Shown here: one piece after another, positions 57,385 through 64,000 of the stretch
How the letters are laid out: each line of letters starts with the position of its first letter
How positions within the stretch are numbered: the stretch's first letter is position 1
From: Candidatus Babeliales bacterium
GTDB lineage: Bacteria > Babelota > Babeliae > Babelales > JANWKD01
NCBI GenBank assembly: GCA_963701665.1
Contig: OY969622.1
Location: 32,001-96,000, forward strand
Direction: 5' to 3'
DNA: 64,000 bases
Translations under genes and position numbers: made by a program
Notes under the pieces: model-generated
What the model was told of the DNA's origin: nothing
Database searches by the model: none
What the model saw: only the letters and a program-made list of their open reading frames with translations

Positions 57385-60111
57385 TTAAAATTTCCATCTC
57401 ATTTCAACTTCACCGCCAAAGTCGCCACGTTCATCACGAATAACGCGTAAAGCGCTATCATCGGCAAAGAAGTATTCAACCTCTAACTTTATATCTTCAG
57501 GCAAACTAAAGTTTCGTTGAATAATACCGTGAAGCTGATCGTTCACATCAACTTCAATAGCACCACGAAAGCCGCCACGCCCTTGAGGATCGAAGAATTT
57601 AGGCACAAACCGAATATGTTTGAACGGGCCAAGGATTTCTTTAAAATACCGTTCCAAACGTGATGATGTTTGTTCAGGGCCAAAAAGAATATTCTGAATT
57701 CCTTGCATAAGTACTGATGGCATAACAACGCTCAATGAACCTTCCTCAGATCCAGCCAAAAGCAACGTAATAATTTGTTCTTCGGTCAGTGGTGGGCTTG
57801 ATTCAAATGAAATACGCGGGTTTTGTAATGAACCATCACAACGCATCACAACATGATATTTTCTAATCATGCCCTTTGCAACCAGCTCAAAATAAGGATC
57901 AAAAAGTTGATTAGGCACAAAATAAATACGCCCTTTGGTGATTGCTAATGGTTTATACGGAAATGCTAAACTCCCTCGTTCAACACTCATGTCACCTGAC
58001 ACTAAAGGATTTTGCACCGATCCTTTAATAGCCACGTTCATGCGCGCGCTTGCATCTAAAAAGGATGTTTTGATGGGAATCGAATCTTTGGTTTCAATAT
58101 GCATATCGAGTATGCAATCAAAAGGTTCTTGTGACGATGATTTAGACGACGATTTAAACGATAAAAATCCTTGTTTTTGTGTCGCAAATGAAAAAATATT
58201 TTTTTTGACAAATCCGCGATCAATAATAAGGGCACCCTTGAGGCTTGGAATGGTATTTTTTTTGTATGCAACAATAAAATTTCCTGAAAGCAAAGCAAAA
58301 ATATCTTTTTCAAAGGTAAGTAATGTTTTTAAAATACGGCACGGTACATAGGCAAAAGACAAACCGTACGCATCATCAAGTATGAATGTCGCATGATTCG
58401 TTTCGAGCGAACCGCGATCAAGTTGAACTTTTGTATCATCAAAAACAAGCTTCTTTTTTTGTAAATCTAAAGAAAGGGTGCTCGTAATGCCATGCACGAG
58501 ATTATAAATGGTCGGAATACGAATGTTGCATGCTGCTGTTGCCAAAGAAAGTTTTACAAGATTATTCTGCAACGTTCCGGTAAATAAAAATGTTCCCTCG
58601 CCACTCACTTTATAACCAACGAATGATTCTATGCACGGCTGCAGGAGAGCGTGCGAAAAAAAACCGTTACATCGTACGGTGTCATTATAAGAAACTTCGC
58701 TTGAAAAAACGCACGCTTGCTGCGCATCAAGAACTTTAAGCATGCACTGTTGTTTTTCAAAATCCATAGAGCCAGTTAACGAGTGTTCATTAATGGTGCC
58801 CGAGAGCGTGACAACTAAGTCGCGCGCATGCACCTGCGCACTCGCTTCAATAATTTTATTATCCTCATCAAACGCGTGCACCGTTGCTAATAACGTGCCC
58901 TCGTTTGGCGTAAAATCAACTTCAAGATGCACGGCATCTTGCGCAAGTGTGTAGGAAGTCGATGGGATTGTTAAGCGTTCGGGATTTGAACATTCCATCC
59001 GCCCCTCACGTTCAGCTCTATCAAAAAACCAGGATCCTTCAAGAATAGTTTGATTACCGCGCGTATAAAAAAAATCGCCAAACCATCGATGCAGATCGCT
59101 CCCAAATGTAGCAGTTAAGTCGCCTAATGAGATGCCGGCACACGTTATATCAGAAATGGTAAGGAGGCCGTCAAGCTGGCTATGCTGCGAGCAGGTGCCG
59201 GCAATAGTCAGATTTGCGTGACCTTGCACAAGCGATGTATCGCAATAAAATTTCTGACCAAAAGCGAGTGGCAACCGTACCTTAATATCGCCTTGCACTG
59301 CAGTTTTATCGAGTAACGTAAGAGAATCAGCGCCAATATATAATGATTCATCGTTGTTTTTTAGATGGAAAGATCCATATGATTCATGCCAACTAATGGC
59401 ATAAGAACATCCATGAACAATGCCAAGATCTGGCAACATTACAGAACCATGCACATTGAGATGTACTGCAGGCTCATTCACGTTTTTAACCGAAGCCCCG
59501 AGCGTGCATGCCCAATCTTTACACATAGTTTTTTCATGATGTTTGACACAGCCTTGCGTTGTTTTTAAATCAAGTTTTAATGCTCTACGATACATCGATG
59601 CATAAATTACAAAATGTGTTGTGTATTCAATCGCACGTTCAAAATCTTGCAAAAGAAAAGCACCTTTTTTGACCTGCAATTCTCGCAACCCGATCGGAAA
59701 ACCTGGCGCACCTCCCATCAAACGTAATAAATGATGTACAATACCAATATCGGTATCTTGCAGACGTGATTGGGCATACATACCTTCTAATTGCACGGTA
59801 AGATTAATATTTCGCGTTATGAAAAAATCAAGCCATGAAAAACTAAGCTGAAATTTTTTTGCACGCCATTGCCATAGATCTTTTTCTGTTGAAATGGTGA
59901 CAACATCGTGAAGTTCTAAACTGCCCCCCAGAATACTTACACTTTTTACGGTACCTTCTAGAGTGCAGGCGAAATTTTCTAAAAAAATAATTTTTAAATT
60001 TTTCTCGATAAAACTTTTAAAATAACGATCATGTTCAAGCAGCAAGAAAAAAACCATGATGCCCAAACAAAGTACCGCTGCCGTTACTTGGGCTAACTTT
60101 GCATAATTCAT
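57385..60111 (-). CDS. TamB/AsmA-like (DUF490) protein
   Basis: N-terminal transmembrane anchor, beta-rich body, S.PPL.EEQII.LL and C-terminal EMRWKF. Confidence 0.78.
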   Translation of the reverse strand: MNYAKLAQVTAAVLCLGIMVFFLLLEHDRYFKSFIEKNLKIIFLENFACTLEGTVKSVSILGGSLELHDVVTISTEKDLWQWRAKKFQLSFSWLDFFITRNINLTVQLEGMYAQSRLQDTDIGIVHHLLRLMGGAPGFPIGLRELQVKKGAFLLQDFERAIEYTTHFVIYASMYRRALKLDLKTTQGCVKHHEKTMCKDWACTLGASVKNVNEPAVHLNVHGSVMLPDLGIVHGCSYAISWHESYGSFHLKNNDESLYIGADSLTLLDKTAVQGDIKVRLPLAFGQKFYCDTSLVQGHANLTIAGTCSQHSQLDGLLTISDITCAGISLGDLTATFGSDLHRWFGDFFYTRGNQTILEGSWFFDRAEREGRMECSNPERLTIPSTSYTLAQDAVHLEVDFTPNEGTLLATVHAFDEDNKIIEASAQVHARDLVVTLSGTINEHSLTGSMDFEKQQCMLKVLDAQQACVFSSEVSYNDTVRCNGFFSHALLQPCIESFVGYKVSGEGTFLFTGTLQNNLVKLSLATAACNIRIPTIYNLVHGITSTLSLDLQKKKLVFDDTKVQLDRGSLETNHATFILDDAYGLSFAYVPCRILKTLLTFEKDIFALLSGNFIVAYKKNTIPSLKGALIIDRGFVKKNIFSFATQKQGFLSFKSSSKSSSQEPFDCILDMHIETKDSIPIKTSFLDASARMNVAIKGSVQNPLVSGDMSVERGSLAFPYKPLAITKGRIYFVPNQLFDPYFELVAKGMIRKYHVVMRCDGSLQNPRISFESSPPLTEEQIITLLLAGSEEGSLSVVMPSVLMQGIQNILFGPEQTSSRLERYFKEILGPFKHIRFVPKFFDPQGRGGFRGAIEVDVNDQLHGIIQRNFSLPEDIKLEVEYFFADDSALRVIRDERGDFGGEVEMRWKF

Positions 60112-60632
60112 GTAAGACAGATCCAGGAACTCTCAAGACGGTATAAACGAAGTAATGAAATTGATGAAATTGGAACGGTTAGGGCGTAGGTAATTTTTTT
60201 TTCTGCATCAGCCATATAAATAGTACCGGGTGTCATAGAGCCATCGGGAGAAAAATGCACCGTATTATTTTTAAACGTTATTGCTTTGGAAATACTCTGT
60301 TTTGGGCTTGATGGCGGACCGTAAGCATTGGGGCTAAAACCAAATAACACTCCTTGTGGCACATGATATTCGGTAACATCGGTGTAATAGCGTCGCGTAC
60401 GTTCATCAAAAACTAATTTTTGTTCTTTTTGTGTTGCACACGCTTTTTGTTGTAAATAACGGAATAAGATCGACATTTTTTGCGCGTGCGCATGCACAAT
60501 ATGTCTGCGCAAAACACTCGTTTGTGATAACGAGAGTGTAATGATGAGCACCATCAACGCAAGAACGATACCTACTTGGAAAATAAGAAACCCGTTAGAG
60601 CTCTTCTTGATCTCCTTCAATGGTCGCCACAC
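60108..60632 (-). CDS. Type II secretion/type IV pilus minor pseudopilin (GspH/FimT-like)
   Basis: KKSSNG|FLIFQ followed by a hydrophobic helix; F.PDG...PGTI motif; directly after gspE. Confidence 0.7.
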   Translation of the reverse strand: MWRPLKEIKKSSNGFLIFQVGIVLALMVLIITLSLSQTSVLRRHIVHAHAQKMSILFRYLQQKACATQKEQKLVFDERTRRYYTDVTEYHVPQGVLFGFSPNAYGPPSSPKQSISKAITFKNNTVHFSPDGSMTPGTIYMADAEKKITYALTVPISSISLLRLYRLESSWICLT

Positions 60633-62307
60633 GCAGCACCTCTTCTGGTGTTGTTAAACCTTCTTTAATTTTTCGTACGCCATCTTGTACCAAAAGTGTC
60701 ATGCCTTCGGCTACGGCTTGCTTTCGTATAACTGCCATATCAGCTTTTGCAATGGTAAGTTTTGCAATTTCACTGCTCATTTCCATAATTTCAAAAATTG
60801 CTATACGTCCTTTATAGCCGTTCACACACTCTTCACAGCCCACCGCTTTATAGAAAATAATTGAAGCAGCTTGTAGCTTTGGTATGCCAAGTAATTTAAG
60901 CACCTCATCATCAGGTTTATACGGTTTTTTGCACTTATCACACAACTTACGTACAAGACGTTGTGCAAGTATTGAAACAATTGATGATGCAATTAAAAAT
61001 GGTTCTATACCCATATCAATTAAACGGGTGATAGTAGCTGGCGCATTATTTGTGTGAATAGTACTTAATACTAAGTGCCCAGTAAGTGCCGCTTGAATAG
61101 CAATCTGTGCTGTTTCTTGGTCACGCGTTTCACCGATCATCACGATATCCGGGTCTTGACGTAAAATTGCACGCAAGGCTATAGCAAATGTCAACCCAAT
61201 TTTTGTGTTTACCGCAACTTGAGCAATGCCAGGCATTTGATATTCAACAGGATCTTCAACGGTAATAATATTAACTTCGGGGGTGTTTAATTTACTTACA
61301 ATTGAGTAAAGTGTGGATGTTTTACCAGAACCTGTTGGACCTGAAACTAAAATAATACCATTTGAACGCGCAATGCTTTTCATAATAACATTGTAGTCAC
61401 GCTCACTAAACCCAAGATTTTGTAATGTACCAAACGTTTTTGATTTATCGAGTAAACGCATAACGATACGCTCACCATAATTAACGGGCAATACGCTCAC
61501 ACGAATATCGATCGTTTTATCAGCCACTTTGATTTGAATTCTGCCGTCTTGCGGTAATCTTTTTTCGGCAATATTCATGTTGGCCATAATTTTAATACGA
61601 GAGACCAAAGCTCCTTGGATACGTTTTGGCGGCGTAAATGCAGGGTACATAATACCATCAATGCGATAACGCACGCGCACTTCTTTTTCATATGGTTCGA
61701 TATGAATATCAGAAGCCCCTCGTTTTACTGCTTGCACAAAAATATGATTTACTAATTTTATGATGGGCGCTTCACCCGCCATGGCTAAAATATCTTTTTC
61801 GCCAATCTCCTCAAATTCCATAGTTTCAGGAGCAGCAGCTTTTTCCTCTTCAAGCTCTTCAATCATTTGTTTAGTACCCTCAAGAGGGTAATAACGATTG
61901 ATGCCATCGATAATGGTTTGTGGCGTTGCAATAGCAATTGCTGCGCCGCCTCCCAATAACATATTTAATTCATCGAGGGGTTGATAGAATGTTGGATTTG
62001 CCGTCAATAAGGTAACATTGGTATCAAGCATAACGGGCATGACAACATTTTGACGTAAGAACTTAAGGGGTATTTTGGCAAGCAACGCAGGATCAGCCAT
62101 TTTTTCAGTAACTTTTTCAATAAGCTGATATCCCGTTTGTTCAGCATAGGCACGGGCAATATCTTCTGGCGTAACATAGTGCTGGCCGATCAAACAATCA
62201 GTAAAAGGGAGTCCAGTTTCTGAAACTTTCAGCTGACATTCTTTTATCTGCTCGTCACTAATTATCCCCTTACTACGCAGAATCTCTTCTATAGTTTTTT
62301 TCGCCAT
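60595..62307 (-). CDS. gspE: Type II secretion ATPase GspE / PilB family
   Basis: ASDIHIEP, LPQDGR, GPTGSGKT, LRQDPD, TGHLVLST.H and CxxC..CxxC motifs. Confidence 0.92.
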   Translation of the reverse strand: MAKKTIEEILRSKGIISDEQIKECQLKVSETGLPFTDCLIGQHYVTPEDIARAYAEQTGYQLIEKVTEKMADPALLAKIPLKFLRQNVVMPVMLDTNVTLLTANPTFYQPLDELNMLLGGGAAIAIATPQTIIDGINRYYPLEGTKQMIEELEEEKAAAPETMEFEEIGEKDILAMAGEAPIIKLVNHIFVQAVKRGASDIHIEPYEKEVRVRYRIDGIMYPAFTPPKRIQGALVSRIKIMANMNIAEKRLPQDGRIQIKVADKTIDIRVSVLPVNYGERIVMRLLDKSKTFGTLQNLGFSERDYNVIMKSIARSNGIILVSGPTGSGKTSTLYSIVSKLNTPEVNIITVEDPVEYQMPGIAQVAVNTKIGLTFAIALRAILRQDPDIVMIGETRDQETAQIAIQAALTGHLVLSTIHTNNAPATITRLIDMGIEPFLIASSIVSILAQRLVRKLCDKCKKPYKPDDEVLKLLGIPKLQAASIIFYKAVGCEECVNGYKGRIAIFEIMEMSSEIAKLTIAKADMAVIRKQAVAEGMTLLVQDGVRKIKEGLTTPEEVLRVATIEGDQEEL

Positions 62308-62564
62308 AACACCATGCTCCAAGCTAGCCTAATAATCAATAACCTTTATTAAAGGTAGATTTCTTTGAGAATCTTTATTCTAAGATACCAGATTTTCTTC
62401 ACTTCTTGCTAGTATTGGTCACGTACTTAACATTAATAGTAATGCACGATAGTGCTATCATTTTTAATTTTAAAAACTCTTTTAATAATTTTATTGTGTT
62501 CTTTTAATGGTATTTTGTAAAAATTTGTAAGAGATAATGTTAATCACAATCATCAAAGGAAAAA

Positions 62565-64000
62565 ATGAAGTTCATAGATAATTTTTACCTATCAATCATC
62601 ATATTTCTATTGCCATTTTCTGCTGCATTTGCCGCGCATCGCGAAGGCCCAGAACCAAAAGAGGTTGAAGCACGTCAAGAACTAGAAACTAAAACCAAGG
62701 AAGCAGCAAAAAAAGAAATCGAAATTGAACAAAGAAAAAAAGAAATCGATAAAGAAGTAGAAGACCGTAAGATTAGTGAAGAAAAAGCTAACCAAGAGAA
62801 AATCAAGCTCGACGGAGAAATGGAAACTTCGCTCGATGCCAAACGACAAGCCCTTGACGATCTATTAAGCTTTAAACCTGATGATACAGCAACATTAGAA
62901 AAACAAAAGAAAGCTTTACAAGAAAAAATAGACACCATTGAAACCCAAATCAAAGTACTTGAAAAAAGCATAGCATCAACAGGAACTTCAACAGGTGGTT
63001 CAACAACCCCCCCGCAGAAAGAAGTTTCTGCTACTGAGCTTAACTGGGGAGACCGGCTAAGTAAAAATTTACAAGCATGGCACAAGACTGTCTTGGCAAA
63101 TATTTATGAATTAATAAGCGATCCTATCTTTGCGAGAAATTTACGTAGAGAATTAGTAACACTCTATACAGAATTAAAAAATCCTTTACAAGCAGAAAAG
63201 AATTCATTAGCGGCAGATTATTTGAACATTAAAATGGGACTTGAGCCGGGGAGCATCTACAAACTTGTATCTAAGGTACAGAAAGGAACCGATGAATTGG
63301 ATAAGATTAGCCAAAAAGAAAGGCAAGACATAGCTAATCTTAAGTCAACTGACTATGCAGGAAAACAAGCAATTCAAAAAAGAGCCGCTCAAGAAAGAGC
63401 TGAGTACGCAAAAACAATACCGGTTGAGGATTTGCTTAAGGAAGTAATCAATCTACAAGCAAAGCTTGAAAATCCTAAGAATCTACAAAGCGCTGGCGTA
63501 TCAAAAGAAATGGTTGCAACACAAGTAAAAAAACTTAATGCAGAGATTGAATCAATCAAAAATGTCCTTAAAGCCAGCGAAAGGGGTTGGGGACCACGAA
63601 CGGAGAAAGAAAGAGCATTGACTGCAGAAAATCAAAGAGCATACCTTGATAACCTTAACAATTTACCGATAGCTAAAGAATTTTCTAAACGTTCTAAAGC
63701 TGTTTTAGACGCACTCAATAATCCTAAAGATTTTATAAAGTCTTCAGTAACACGCGAATACAACGATTTAATAAATTATTTAAGCAACTTAGGAGCAATT
63801 GATTATACTCTTTTTCCCGAAGTTGATATTGGTAGAGGAATAACCTCCAAATTAAGCACAACCTATAATTCTTTACTAGAAGCGTATGAAAATTTTAGGA
63901 ACAGCCCGGATTTTGAAAAACTTAGTACAACAAGCAAGATAACAATATTAAAAAATATGAAAGCATTAACTAATAATATAGCAAGGGTAATGCATGAATC
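62565..64000 (+). CDS. Large exported coiled-coil hypothetical protein, runs off the window end
   Basis: Not in the ORF track. ATG 62565 MKFIDNFYLSIIIFLLPFSAAFA..., RBS AAGGA, open to 64000. Confidence 0.8.
   Translation, partial: MKFIDNFYLSIIIFLLPFSAAFAAHREGPEPKEVEARQELETKTKEAAKKEIEIEQRKKEIDKEVEDRKISEEKANQEKIKLDGEMETSLDAKRQALDDLLSFKPDDTATLEKQKKALQEKIDTIETQIKVLEKSIASTGTSTGGSTTPPQKEVSATELNWGDRLSKNLQAWHKTVLANIYELISDPIFARNLRRELVTLYTELKNPLQAEKNSLAADYLNIKMGLEPGSIYKLVSKVQKGTDELDKISQKERQDIANLKSTDYAGKQAIQKRAAQERAEYAKTIPVEDLLKEVINLQAKLENPKNLQSAGVSKEMVATQVKKLNAEIESIKNVLKASERGWGPRTEKERALTAENQRAYLDNLNNLPIAKEFSKRSKAVLDALNNPKDFIKSSVTREYNDLINYLSNLGAIDYTLFPEVDIGRGITSKLSTTYNSLLEAYENFRNSPDFEKLSTTSKITILKNMKALTNNIARVMHE

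Overview
AT-rich bacterial chromosome segment using the standard genetic code. The gene content suggests an intracellular parasite of protists, most likely Candidatus Dependentiae/Babeliae (TM6). This is inferred from the many signal-peptide orphans, F-box/ankyrin proteins and Chlamydia-like enzymes, not from a database search. The window contains the probable replication origin (9 perfect DnaA boxes at 6.5-6.85 kb, no dnaA next to it). Housekeeping genes include nfo, infB, nusA, gatB, rng, mnmE, ruvA, nrdAB, hppA, ppa and pgi-zwf-gnd, plus tmRNA and tRNA-Gly. There is an ArgR-controlled amino-acid ABC operon ending in a glutamine synthetase with a signal peptide, a HEPN/MNT pair, a Fic gene, a gspE-pseudopilin-tamB-like operon, two IS200 copies (one frameshifted) and several nested families of palindromic repeats. 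Main leads: (1) a putative exported-effector set whose mature N-termini begin Met-Glu/Gln, including F-box-ankyrin proteins, alongside CaaX-like tails and an OspF/LanL-lyase-like repeat protein; (2) an apparently exported, catalytically intact glutamine synthetase; (3) a 36-aa tmRNA tag ending -AFA; (4) a mirror-symmetric pair of DnaA-box/trio modules in oriC; (5) a Russian-doll system of non-autonomous repeats with covarying stems; (6) a class Ic ribonucleotide reductase.
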